The position numbers and the translations under genes were made by a program. Shown piece after piece: positions 41,026 to 55,400 of a DNA stretch of 64,000 nt (positions are counted from its first letter, which is position 1; every line of letters starts with the position of its first letter). The notes below the pieces were generated by a model, which was not told the DNA's origin, searched no databases, and saw only the letters and a program-made list of their open reading frames with translations. Source of the stretch: Auanema rhodensis (Eukaryota > Animalia > Nematoda); contig CAXKVF010000099.1 of the NCBI GenBank assembly GCA_964057225.1, forward strand, positions 25,648-89,647, in the 5' to 3' direction.

Positions 41026-44000
41026 TGGTTACCATGAACCAATATCAATAAAAATTTGTTTTTAGACTAATATGGACATGGGGAATCTAATTTTGAAAAC
41101 CGCATCTCTTTATCTTTCACGTGAAGCGAGTTACATACCAAGTGCACATCACGTGTACATTTAATTAGCATAAATTAAAGTTCACGTAAATTTCAAAGTC
41201 ATGGTTACCATGAACCAATATCAATAAAAATTTGTTTTTAGACTAATATGGACATGGGGAATCTAATTTTGAAAACCGCATCTCTTTATCTTTCACGTGA
41301 AGCGAGTTACATACCAAGTGCACATCACGTGTACATTTAATTAGCATAAATTAAAGTTCACGTAAACTTCAAAGTCATGGTTACCATGAAGCAATATCAA
41401 TAAAAATTTGTTTTTAGACTAATATGGACATGGGGAATCTAATTTTGAAAACCGCATCTCTTTATCTTTCACGTGAAGCGAGTTACATACCAAGTGCACA
41501 TCACGTGTACATTTAATTAGCATAAATTAAAGTTCACGTAAATTTCAAAGTCATGGTTACCAAGAACCAATATCAATAAAAATTTGTTTTTAGACTAATA
41601 TGGACATGGGGAATCTAATTTTGAAAACCGCATCTCTTTATCTTTCACGTGAAGCGAGTTACATACCAAGTGCACATCACGTGTACATTTAATTAGCATA
41701 AATTAAAGTTCACGTAAATTTCAAAGTCTTGGTTACCATGCACCAATATCAATAAAAATTTGTTTTTAGACTAATATGGACATGGGGAATCTAATTTTGA
41801 AAACCGCATCTCTTTATCTTTCACGTGAAGCGAGTTACATACCAAGTGCACATCACGTGTACATTTAATTAGCATAAATTAAAGTTCACGTAAATTTCAA
41901 AGTCATGGTTACCATGAACCAATATCAATAAAAATTTGTTTTTAGACTAATATGGACATGGGGAATCTAATTTTGAAAACCGCATCTCTTTATCTTTCAC
42001 GTGAAGCGAGTTACATACCAAGTGCACATCACGTGTACATTTAATTAGCATAAATTAAAGTTCACGTAAATTTCAAAGTCATGGTTACCATGAAGCAATA
42101 TCAATAAAAATTTGTTTTTAGACTAATATGGACATGGGGAATCTAATTTTGAAAACCGCATCTCTTTATCTTTCACGTGAAGCGAGTTACATACCAAGTG
42201 CACATCACGTGTACATTTAATTAGCATAAATTAAAGTTCACGTAAATTTCAAAGTCATGGTTACCATGAACCAATATCAATAAAAATTCGTTTTTAGACT
42301 AATATGGACATGGGGAATCTAATTTTGAAAACCGCATCTCTTTATCTTTCACGTGAAGCGAGTTACATACCAAGTGCACATCACGTGTACATTTAATTAG
42401 CATAAATTAAAGTTCACGTAAATTTCAAAGTCATGGTTACCATGAAGCAATATCAATAAAAATTTGTTTTTAGACTAATATGACCATGGGGAATCTATTT
42501 TTGAAAACAGCATCTCTTTATCTTTCACGTGAAGCGAGTTACATACCAAGTGCACATCACGTGTACATTTAATTAGCATAAATTAAAGTTCACGTAAATT
42601 TCAAAGTCATGGTTACCATGAACCAATATCAATAAAAATTTGTTTTTAGACTAATATGGACATGGGGAATCTAATTTTGAAAACCGCATCTCTTGATCTT
42701 TCACGTGAAGCGAGTTACATACCAAGTGCACATCACGTGTACATTTAATTAGCATAAATTAAAGTTCACGTAAATTTCAAAGTCATGGTTACCATGAACC
42801 AATATCAATAAAAATTTGTTTTTAGACTAATATGGACATGGGGAATCTAATTTTGAAAACCGCATTTCTTTATCTTTCACGTGAAGCGAGTTACATACCA
42901 AGTGCACATCACGTGTACATTTAATTAGCATAAATTAAAGTTCACGTAAATTTCAAAGTCATGGTTACCATGAAGCAATATCAATAAAAATTTGTTTTTA
43001 GACTAATATGGACATGGGGAATCTAATTTTGAAAACCGCATCTCTTTATCTTTCACGTGAAGCGAGTTACATACCAAGTGCACATCACGTGTACATTTAA
43101 TTAGCATAAATTAAAGTTCACGTAAATTTCAAAGTCATGGTTTCCATGAACCAATATCAATAAAAATTCGTTTTTAGACTAATATGGACATGGGGAATCT
43201 AATTTTGAAAACCGCATCTCTTTATCTTTCACGTGAAGCGAGTTACATACCAAGTGCACATCACGTGTACATTTAATTAGCATAAATTAAAGTTCACGTA
43301 AATTTCAAAGTCATGGTTACCATGAAGCAATATCAATAAAAATTTGTTTTTAGACTAATATGACCATGGGGAATCTAATTTTGAAAACCGCATCTCTTTA
43401 TCTTTCACGTGAAGCGAGTTACATACCAAGTGCACATCACGTGTACATTTAATTAGCATAAATTAAAGTTCACGTAAATTTCAAAGTCATGGTTACCATG
43501 AACCAATATCAATAAAAATTTGTTTTTACACTAATATGGACATGGGTAATCTAATTTTGAAAACCGCATCTCTTGATCTTTCACGTGAAGCGAGTTACAT
43601 ACCAAGTGCACATCACGTGTACATTTAATTAGCATAAATTAAAGTTCACGTAAATTTCAAAGTCATGGTTACCATGAACCAATATCAATAAAAATTTGTT
43701 TTTACACTAATATGGACATGGGGAATCTAATTTTGAAAACCGCATCTCTTTATCTTTCACGTGAAGCGAGTTACATACCAAGTGCACATCACGTGTACAT
43801 TTAATTAGCATAAATTAAAGTTCACGTAAATTTCAAAGTCATGGTTACCATGAACCAATATCAATAAAAATTTGTTTTTAGACTAATATGGACATGGGGA
43901 ATTTAATTTTGAAAACCGCATCTCTTTATCTTTCACGTGAAGCGAGTTACATACCAAGTGCACATCACGTGTACATTTAATTAGCATAAATTAAAGTTCA

Positions 44001-44545
44001 CGTAAATTTCAAAGTCATGGTTACCATGAACCAATATCAATAAAAATTTGTTTTTAGACTAATATGGACATGGGGAATCTAATTTTGAAAACCGCATCTC
44101 TTTATCTTTCACGTGAAGCGAGTTACATACCAAGTGCACATCACGTGTACATTTAATTAACATAAATTGAAGTTCACGTAAATTTCAAAGTCATGGTTAC
44201 CATGCACCAATATCAATAAAAATTTGTTTTTAGACTAATATGGACATGGGGAATCTAATTTTGAAAACCGCATCTCTTTATCTTTCACGTGAAGCGAGTT
44301 ACATACCAAGTGCACATCACGTGTACATTTAATTAGCATAAATTAAAGTTCACGTAAATTTCAAAGTCATGGTTACCATGAACCAATATCAATAAAAATT
44401 TGTTTTTAGACTAATATAGACATGGGGAATCTAATTTTGAAAACCGCATCTCTTTATCTTTCACGTGAAGCGAGTTACATACCAAGTGCACATCACGTGT
44501 ACATTTAATTAGCATAAATTAAAGTTCACGTAAATTTCAAAGTCA

Positions 44546-44738
44546 TGGTTACCATGAAGCAATATCAATAAAAATTTGTTTTTAGACTAATATGGACATG
44601 GGGAATCTAATTTTGAAAACCGCATCTCTTTATCTTTCACGTGAAGCGAGTTACATACCAAGTGCACATCACGTGTACATTTAATTAGCGTGTACATTTA
44701 ATTAGCATAAATTAAAGTTCACGTAAATTTCAAAGTCA
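44546..44738 (+). repeat. Second 193-bp variant monomer with the same 17-bp duplication (44673-44706)
   Basis: Identical insertion 3713 bp (193+20x176) after the first; next monomer starts at 44739. Confidence 0.95.
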
Positions 44739-47700
44739 TGGTTACCATGAACCAATATCAATAAAAATTTGTTTTTAGACTAATATGGACATGGGGAATC
44801 TAATTTTGAAAACCGCATCTCTTTATCTTTCACGTGAAGCGAGTTACATACCAAGTGCACATCACGTGTACATTTAATTAGCATAAATTAAAGTTCACGT
44901 AAATTTCAAAGTCATGGTTACCATGAACCAATATCAATAAAAATTTGTTTTTAGACTAATATCGACATGGGGAATCTAATTTTGAAAACCGCATCTCTTT
45001 ATCTTTCACGTGAAGCGAGTTACATACCAAGTGCACATCACGTGTACATTTAATTAGCATAAATTAAAGTTCACGTAAATTTCAAAGTCTTGGTTACCAT
45101 GCACCAATATCAATAAAAATTTGTTTTTAGACTAATATGGACATGGGGAATCTAATTTTGAAAACCGCATCTCTTTATCTTTCACGTGAAGCGAGTTACA
45201 TACCAAGTGCACATCACGTGTACATTTAATTAGCATAAATTAAAGTTCACGTAAATTTCAAAGTCATGGTTACCATGAACCAATATCAATAAAAATTTGT
45301 TTTTAGACTAATATGGACATGGGGAATCTAATTTTGAAAACCGCATCTCTTGATCTTTCACGTGAAGCGAGTTACATACCAAGTGCACATCACGTGTACA
45401 TTTAATTAGCATAAATTAAAGTTCACGTAAATTTCAAAGTCATGGTTACCATGAAGCAATATCAATAAAAATTTGTTTTTAGACTAATATGGACATGGGG
45501 AATCTAATTTTGAAAACCGCATCTCTTTATCTTTCACGTGAAGCGAGTTACATACCAAGTGCACATCACGTGTACATTTAATTAGCATAAATTAAAGTTC
45601 ACGTAAATTTCAAAGTCATGGTTTCCATGAACCAATATCAATAAAAATTCGTTTTTAGACTAATATGGACATGGGGAATCTAATTTTGAAAACCGCATCT
45701 CTTTATCTTTCACGTGAAGCGAGTTACATACCAAGTGCACATCACGTGTACATTTAATTAGCATAAATTAAAGTTCACGTAAATTTCAAAGTCATGGTTA
45801 CCATGAAGCAATATCAATAAAAATTTGTTTTTAGACTAATATGACCATGGGGAATCTAATTTTGAAAACCGCATCTCTTTATCTTTCACGTGAAGCGAGT
45901 TACATACCAAGTGCACATCACGTGTACATTTAATTAGCATAAATTAAAGTTCACGTAAATTTCAAAGTCATGGTTACCATGAACCAATATCAATAAAAAT
46001 TTGTTTTTACACTAATATGGACATGGGGAATCTAATTTTGAAAACCGCATCTCTTGATCTTTCACGTGAAGCGAGTTACATACCAAGTGCACATCACGTG
46101 TACATTTAATTAGCATAAATTAAAGTTCACGTAAATTTCAAAGTCATGGTTACCATGAACCAATATCAATAAAAATTTGTTTTTACACTAATATGGACAT
46201 GGGGAATCTAATTTTGAAAACCGCATCTCTTTATCTTTCACGTGAAGCGAGTTACATACCAAGTGCACATCACGTGTACTTTTAATTAGCATAAATTAAA
46301 GTTCACGTAAATTTCAAAGTCATGGTTACCATGAAGCAATATCAATAAAAATTTGTTTTTAGACTAATATGGACATGGGGAATCTAATTTTGAAAACCGC
46401 ATCTCTTTATCTTTCACGTGAAGCGAGTTACATACCAAGTGCACATCACGTGTACATTTAATTAGCATAAATTAAAGTTCACGTAAATTTCAAAGTCATG
46501 GTTACCATGCACCAATATCAATAAAAATTTGTTTTTAGACTAATATGGACATGGGGAATCTAATTTTGAAAACCGCATCTCTTTATCTTTCACGTGAAGC
46601 GAGTTACATACCAAGTGCACATCACGTGTACATTTAATTAGCATAAATTAAAGTTCACGTAAATTTCAAAGTCATGGTTACCATGCACCAATATCAATAA
46701 AAATTTGTTTTTAGACTAATATGGACATGGGGAATCTAATTTTGAAAACCGCATCTCTTTATCTTTCACGTGAAGCGAGTTACATACCAAGTGCACATCA
46801 CGTGTACATTTAATTAGCATAAATTAAAGTTCACGTAAATTTCAAAGTCATGGTTACCATGCACCAATATCAATAAAAATTTGTTTTTAGACTAATATGG
46901 ACATGGGGAATCTAATTTTGAAAACCGCATCTCTTTATCTTTCACGTGAAGCGAGTTACATACCAAGTGCACATCACGTGTACATTTAATTAGCATAAAT
47001 TAAAGTTCACGTAAATTTCAAAGTCATGGTTACCATGAACCAATATCAATAAAAATTTGTTTTTAGACTAATATGGACATGGGGAATCTAATTTTGAAAA
47101 CCGCATCTCTTTATCTTTCACGTGAAGCGAGTTACATACCAAGTGCACATCACGTGTACATTTAATTAGCATAAATTAAAGTTCACGTAAATTTCAAAGT
47201 CATGGTTACCATGAAGCAATATCAATAAAAATTTGTTTTTAGACTAATATGGACATGGGGAATTTAATTTTGAAAACCGCATCTCTTTATCTTTCACGTG
47301 AAGCGAGTTACATACCAAGTGCACATCACGTGTACATTTAATTAGCATAAATTAAAGTTCACGTAAATGTCAAAGTCATGGTTACCATGAAGCAATATCA
47401 ATAAAAATTTGTTTTTAGACTAATATGGACATGGGGAATCTAATTTTGAAAACCGAATCTCTTTATATTTCACGTGAAGCGAGTTACATACCAAGTGCAC
47501 AGCACGTGTACATTTAATTAGCATAAATTAAAGTTCACGTAAATTTCAAAGTCATGGTTACCATGAAGCAATATCGATAAAAATTTGTTTTTAGACTAAT
47601 ATGGACATGGGGAATCTAATTTTGAAAACCGCATCTCTTTATCTTTCACGTGAAGCGAGTTAAATACCAAGTGCACATCACGTGTACATTTAATTAGCAT

Positions 47701-49666
47701 AAATTAAAGTTCACGTAAATTTCAAAGTCATGGTTACCATGAAGCAATATCAATAAAAATTTGTTTTTAGACTAATTTGGACATGGGGAATCTAATTTTG
47801 AAAACCGCATCTCTTTATCTTTCACGTGAAGCGAGTTACATACCAAGTGCACATCACGTGTACATTTAATTAGCATAAATTAAAGTTCACGTAAATTTCA
47901 AAGTCATGGTTACCATGAACCAATATCAATAAAAATTTGTTTTTAGACTAATATGGACATGGGGAATCTAATTTTGAAAACCGCATTTCTTTATCTTTCA
48001 CGTGAAGCGAGTTACATACCAAGTGCACATCACGTGTACATTTAATTAGCATAAATTAAAGTTCACGTAAATTTCAAAGTCATGGTTACCATGCACCAAT
48101 ATCAATAAAAATTTGTTTTTAGACTAATATGGACATGGGGAATCTAATTTTGAAAACCGCATCTCTTTATCTTTCACGTGAAGCGAGTTACATACCAAGT
48201 GCACATCACGTGTACATTTAATTAGCATAAATTAAAGTTCACGTAAACTTCAAAGTCATGGTTACCATGAAGCAATATCAATAAAAATTTGTTTTTAGAC
48301 TAATATGGACATGGGGAATCTAATTTTGAAAACCGCATCTCTTTATCTTTCACGTGAAGCGAGTTACATACCAAGTGCACATCACGTGTACATTTAATTA
48401 GCATAAATTAAAGTTCACGTAAATTTCAAAGTCATGGTTACCATGAACCAATATCAATAAAAATTTGTTTTTAGACTAATATGGACATGGGGAATCTAAT
48501 TTTGAAAACCGCATCTCTTTATCTTTCACGTGAAGCGAGTTACATACCAAGTGCACATCACGTGTACATTTAATTAGCATAAATTAAAGTTCACGTAAAT
48601 TTCAAAGTCATGGTTACCATGATGCAATATCAATAAAAATTTGTTTTTAGACTAATATGGACATGGGGAATCTAATTTTGAAAACCGCATCTCTTTATCT
48701 TTCACGTGAAGCGAGTTACATACCAAGTGCACATCACGTGTACATTTGATTAGCATAAATTAAAGTTCACGTAAATTTCAAAGTCATGGTTACCATGAAC
48801 CAATATCAATAAAAATTTGTTTTTAGACTAATATGGACATGGGGAATCTAATTTTGAAAACCGCATCTCTTTATCTTTCACGTGAAGCGAGTTACATACC
48901 AAGTGCACATCACGTGTACATTTAATTAGCATAAATTAAAGTTCACGTAAATTTCAAAGTCATGGTTACCATGAACCAATATCAATAAAAATTTGTTTTT
49001 AGACTAATATGGACATGGGGAATCTAATTTTGAAAACCGCATCTCTTTATCTTTCACGTGAAGCGAGTTACATACCAAGTGCACATCACGTGTACATTTA
49101 ATTAGCATAAATTAAAGTTCACGTAAATTTCAAAGTCATGGTTACCATGAAGCAATATCAATAAAAATTTGTTTTTAGACTAATATGGACATGGGGAATC
49201 TAATTTTGAAAACCGCATCTCTTTATCTTTCACGTGAAGCGAGTTACATACCAAGTGCACATCACGTGTACATTTAATTAGCATAAATTAAAGTTCACGT
49301 AAATTTCAAAGTCATGGTTACCATGAACCAATATCAATAAAAATTTGTTTTTAGACTAATATGGACATGGGGAATCTAATTTTGAAAACCGCATCTCTTC
49401 ATCTTTCACGTGAAGCGAGTTACATACAAAGTGCACATCACGTGTACATTTAATTAGCATAAATTAAAGTTCACGTAAACTTCAAAGTCATGGTTACCAT
49501 GAAGCAATATCAATAAAAATTTGTTTTTAGACTAATATGGACATGGGGAATCTAATTTTGAAAACCGCATCTCTTCATCTTTCACGTGAAGCGAGTTACA
49601 TACCAAGTGCACATCACGTGTACATTTAATTAGCATAAATTAAAGTTCACGTAAACTTCAAAGTCA

Positions 49667-52482
49667 TGGTTACCATGAAGCAATATCAATAAAAATTTGT
49701 TTTTAGACTAATATGGACATGGGGAATCTAATTTTGAAAACCGCATCTCTTTATTTTTCACGTGAAGCGAGTTACATACCAAGTGCACATCACGTGTACA
49801 TTTAATTAACATAAATTGAAGTTCACGTAAATTTCAAAGTCATGGTTACCATGCACCAATAGCAATAAAAATTTGTTTTTAGACTAATATGGACATGGGG
49901 AATCTAATTTTGAAAACCGCATCTCTTTATCTTTCACGTGAAGCGAGTTACATACCAAGTGCACATCACGTGTACATTTAATTAGCATAAATTAAAGTTC
50001 ACGTAAATTTCAAAGTCATGGTTACCATGAACCAATATCAATAAAAATTTGTTTTTAGACTAATATGGACATGGGGAATCTAATTTTGAAAACCGCATCT
50101 CTTTATCTTTCACGTGAAGCGAGTTACATACCAAGTGCACATCACGTGTACATTTAATTAGCATAAATTAAAGTTCACGTAAATTTCAAAGTCATGGTTA
50201 CCATGAACCAATATCAATAAAAATTTGTTTTTAGACTAATATGGACATGGGGAATCTAATTTTGAAAACCGCATCTCTTTATCTTTCACGTGAAGCGAGT
50301 TACATACCAAGTGCACATCACGTGTACATTTAATTAGCATAAATTAAAGTTCACGTAAATTTCAAAGTCATGGTTACCATGAAGCAATATCAATAAAAAT
50401 TTGTTTTTAGACTAATATGGACATGGGGAATCTAATTTTGAAAACCGCATCTCTTTATCTTTCACGTGAAGCGAGTTACATACCAAGTGCACATCACGTG
50501 TACATTTAATTAGCATAAATTAAAGTTCACGTAAATTTCAAAGTCATGGTTACCATGAAGCAATATCAATAAAAATTTGTTTTTAGACTAATATGGACAT
50601 GGGGAATCTAATTTTGAAAACCGCATCTCTTTATCTTTCACGTGAAGCGAGTTACATACCAAGTGCACATCACGTGTACATTTAATTAGCATAAATTAAA
50701 GTTCACGTAAATTTCAAAGTCATGGTTACCATGCACCAATATCAATAAAAATTTGTTTTTAGACTAATATGGACATGGGGAATCTAATTTTGAAAACCGC
50801 ATCTCTTTATCTTTCACGTGAAGCGAGTTACATACCAAGTGCACATCACGTGTACATTTAATTAGCATAAATTAAAGTTCACGTAAATTTCAAAGTCATG
50901 GTTACCATGAACCAATATCAATAAAAATTTGTTTTTAGACTAATATGGACATGGGGAATCTAATTTTGAAAACCGCATCTCTTTATCTTCCACGTGAAGC
51001 GAGTTACATACCAAGTGCACATCACGTGTACATTTAATTAGCATAAATTAAAGTTCACGTAAACTTCAAAGTCATGGTTACCATGAAGCAATATCAATAA
51101 AAATTTGTTTTTAGACTAATATGGACATGGGGAATCTAATTTTGAAAACCGCATCTCTTTATTTTTCACGTGAAGCGAGTTACATACCAAGTGCACATCA
51201 CGTGTACATTTAATTAACATAAATTGAAGTTCACGTAAATTTCAAAGTCATGGTTACCATGCACCAATATCAATAAAAATTTGTTTTTAGACTAATATGG
51301 ACATGGGGAATCTAATTTTGAAAACCGCATCTCTTTATCTTTCACGTGAAGCGAGTTACATACCAAGTGCACATCACGTGTACATTTAATTAGCATAAAT
51401 TAAAGTTCACGTAAATTTCAAAGTCATGGTTACCATGAACCAATATCAATAAAAATTTGTTTTTAGACTAATATGGACATGGGGAATCTAATTTTGAAAA
51501 CCGCATCTCTTTATCTTTCACGTGAAGCGAGTTACATACCAAGTGCACATCACGTGTACATTTAATTAGCATAAATTAAAGTTCACGTAAATTTCAAAGT
51601 CATGGTTACCATGAACCAATATCAATAAAAATTTGTTTTTAGACTAATATGGACATGGGGAATCTAATTTTGAAAACCGCATCTCTTTATCTTTCACGTG
51701 AAGCGAGTTACATACCAAGTGCACATCACGTGTACATTTAATTAGCATAAATTAAAGTTCACGTAAATTTCAAAGTCATGGTTACCATGAAGCAATATCA
51801 ATAAAAATTTGTTTTTAGACTAATATGGACATGGGGAATCTAATTTTGAAAACCGCATCTCTTTATCTTTCACGTGAAGCGAGTTACATACCAAGTGCAC
51901 ATCACGTGTACATTTAATTAGCATAAATTAAAGTTCACGTAAATTTCAAAGTCATGGTTACCATGAAGCAATATCAATAAAAATTTGTTTTTAGACTAAT
52001 ATGGACATGGGGAATCTAATTTTGAAAACCGCATCTCTTTATCTTTCACGTGAAGCGAGTTACATACCAAGTGCACATCACGTGTACATTTAATTAGCAT
52101 AAATTAAAGTTCACGTAAATTTCAAAGTCATGGTTACCATGCACCAATATCAATAAAAATTTGTTTTTAGACTAATATGGACATGGGGAATCTAATTTTG
52201 AAAACCGAATCTCTTTATCTTTCACGTGAAGCGAGTTACATACCAAGTGCACATCACGTGTACATTTAATTAGCATAAATTAAAGTTCACGTAAATTTCA
52301 AAGTCATGGTTACCATGAACCAATATCAATAAAAATTTGTTTTTAGACTAATATGGACATGGGGAATCTAATTTTGAAAACCGCATCTCTTTATCTTCCA
52401 CGTGAAGCGAGTTACATACCAAGTGCACATCACGTGTACATTTAATTAGCATAAATTAAAGTTCACGTAAATTTCAAAGTCA
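49667..52482. repeat. 8-monomer (1408-bp) tandem duplication
   Basis: TTATTTTTC (49755/51163), TTAAC..TTGA and CTTCCACG (50990/52398) recur at 1408 bp with the same monomer-type order. Confidence 0.8.
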
Positions 52483-55400
52483 TGGTTACCATGAACCAAT
52501 ATCAATAAAAATTTGTTTTTAGACTAATATGGACATGGGGAATCTAATTTTGAAAACCGCATCTCTTTATCTTTCACGTGAAGCGAGTTACATACCAAGT
52601 GCACATCACGTGTACATTTAATTAGCATAAATTAAAGTTCACGTAAATTTCAAAGTCATGGTTACCATGAAGCAATATCAATAAAAATTTGTTTTTAGAC
52701 TAATATGGACATGGGGAATCTAATTTTGAAAACCGCATCTCTTTATCTTTCACGTGAAGCGAGTTACATACCAAGTGCACATCACGTGTACATTTAATTA
52801 GCATAAATTAAAGTTCACGTAAATTTCAAAGTCATGGTTACCATGAACCAATATCAATAAAAATTTGTTTTTAGACTAATATGGACATGGGGAATCTAAT
52901 TTTGAAAACCGCATCTCTTTATCTTTCACGTGAAGCGAGTTACATACCAAGTGCACATCACGTGTACATTTAATTAGCATAAATTAAAGTTCACGTAAAA
53001 TTCAAAGTCATGGTTACCATGCACCAATATCAATAAAAATTTGTTTTTAGACTAATATGGACATGGGGAATCTAATTTTGAAAACCGCATCTCTTTATCT
53101 TTCACGTGAAGCGAGTTACATACCAAGTGCACATCACGTGTACATTTAATTAGCATAAATTAAAGTTCACGTAAATTTCAAAGTCATGGTTACCATGAAC
53201 CAATATCAATAAAAACTTGTTTTTAGACTAATATGGACATGGGGAATCTAATTTTGAAAACCGCATCTCTTTATCTTTCACGTGAAGCGAGTTACATACC
53301 AAGTGCACATCACGTGTACATTTAATTAGCATAAATTAAAGTTCACGTAAATTTCAAAGTCATGGTTACCATGAACCAATATCAATAAAAATTTGTTTTT
53401 AGACTAATATGGACATGGGGAATCTAATTTTGAAAACCGCATCTCTTTATCTTTCACGTGAAGCGAGTTACATACCAAGTGCACATCACGTGTACATTTA
53501 ATTAGCATAAATTAAAGTTCACGTAAATTTCAAAGTCATGGTTACCATGAACCAATATCAATAAAAATTTGTTTTTAGACTAATATGGACATGGGGAATC
53601 TAATTTTGAAAACCGCATCTCTTTATCTTTCACGTGAAGCGAGTTACATACCAAGTGCACATCACGTGTACATTTAATTAGCATAAATTAAAGTTCACGT
53701 AAACTTCAAAGTCATGGTTACCATGAAGCAATATCAATAAAAATTTGTTTTTAGACTAATATGGACATGGGGAATCTAATTTTGAAAACCGCATCTCTTT
53801 ATCTTTCACGTGAAGCGAGTTACATACCAAGTGCACATCACGTGTACATTTAATTAGCATAAATTAAAGTTCACGTAAATTTCAAAGTCATGGTTACCAT
53901 GAACCAATATCACGAAAAATTTGTTTTTAGACTAATATGGACATGGGGAATCTAATTTTGAGAACCGCATCTCTTTATCTTTCACGTGAAGCGAGTTACA
54001 TACCAAGTGCACATCACGTGTACATTTAATTAGCATAAATTAAAGTTCACGTAAATTTCAAAGTCATGGTTACCATGCACCAATATCAATAAAAATTTGT
54101 TTTTAGACTAATATGGACATGGGGAATCTAATTTTGAAAACCGCATCTCTTTATCTTTCACGTGAAGCGAGTTACATACCAAGTGCACATCACGTGTACA
54201 TTTAATTAGCATAAATTAAAGTTCACGTAAATTTCAAAGTCATGGTTACCATGAACCAATATCAATAAAAATTTGTTTTTAGACTAATATGGACATGGGG
54301 AATCTAATTTTGAAAACCGCATCTCTTTATCTTTCACGTGAAGCGAGCTACATACCAAGTGCACATCACGTGTACATTTAATTAGCATAAATTAAAGTTC
54401 ACGTAAATTTCAAAGTCATGGTTACCATGAAGCAATATCAATAAAAATTTGTTTTTAGACTAATATGGACATGGGGAATCTAATTTTGAAAACCGCATCT
54501 CTTTATCTTTCACGTGAAGCGAGTTACATACCAAGTGCACATCACGTGTACATTTAATTAGCATAAATTAAAGTTCACGTAAATTTCAAAGTCATGGTTA
54601 CCATGAACCAATATCAATAAAAATTTGTTTTTAGACTAATATGGACATGGGGAATCTAATTTTGGAAACCGCATCTCTTTATCTTTCACGTGAAGCGAGT
54701 TACATACCAAGTGCACATCACGTGTACATTTAATTAGCATAAATTAAAGTTCACGTAAATTTCAAAGTCATGGTTACCATGGAGCAATATCAATAAAAAT
54801 TTGTTTTTAGACTAATATGACCATCGGGAATCTAATTTTGAAAACCGCATCTCTTTATCTTTCACGTGAAGCGAGTTACATACCAAGTGCACATCACGTG
54901 TACATTTAATTAGCATAAATTAAAGTTCACGTAAATTTCAAAGTCATGGTTACCATGAACCAATATCAATAAAAATTTGTTTTTAGACTAATATGGACAT
55001 GGGGAATCTAATTTTGAAAACCGCATCTCTTTATCTTTCACGTGAAGCGAGTTACATACCAAGTGCACATCACGTGTACATTTAATTAGCATAAATTAAA
55101 GTTCACGTAAATTTCAAAGTCATGGTTACCATGAACCAATATCAATAAAAATTTGTTTTTAGACTAATATGGACATGGGGAATCTAATTTTGAAAACCGC
55201 ATCTCTTTATCTTTCACGTGAAGCGAGTTACATACCAAGTGCACATCACGTGTACATTTAATTAGCATAAATTAAAGTTCACGTAAATTTCAAAGTCATG
55301 GTTACCATGAACCAATATCAATAAAAATTTGTTTTTAGACTAATATGGACATGGGGAATCTAATTTTGAAAACCGCATCTCTTTATCTTTCACGTGAAGC

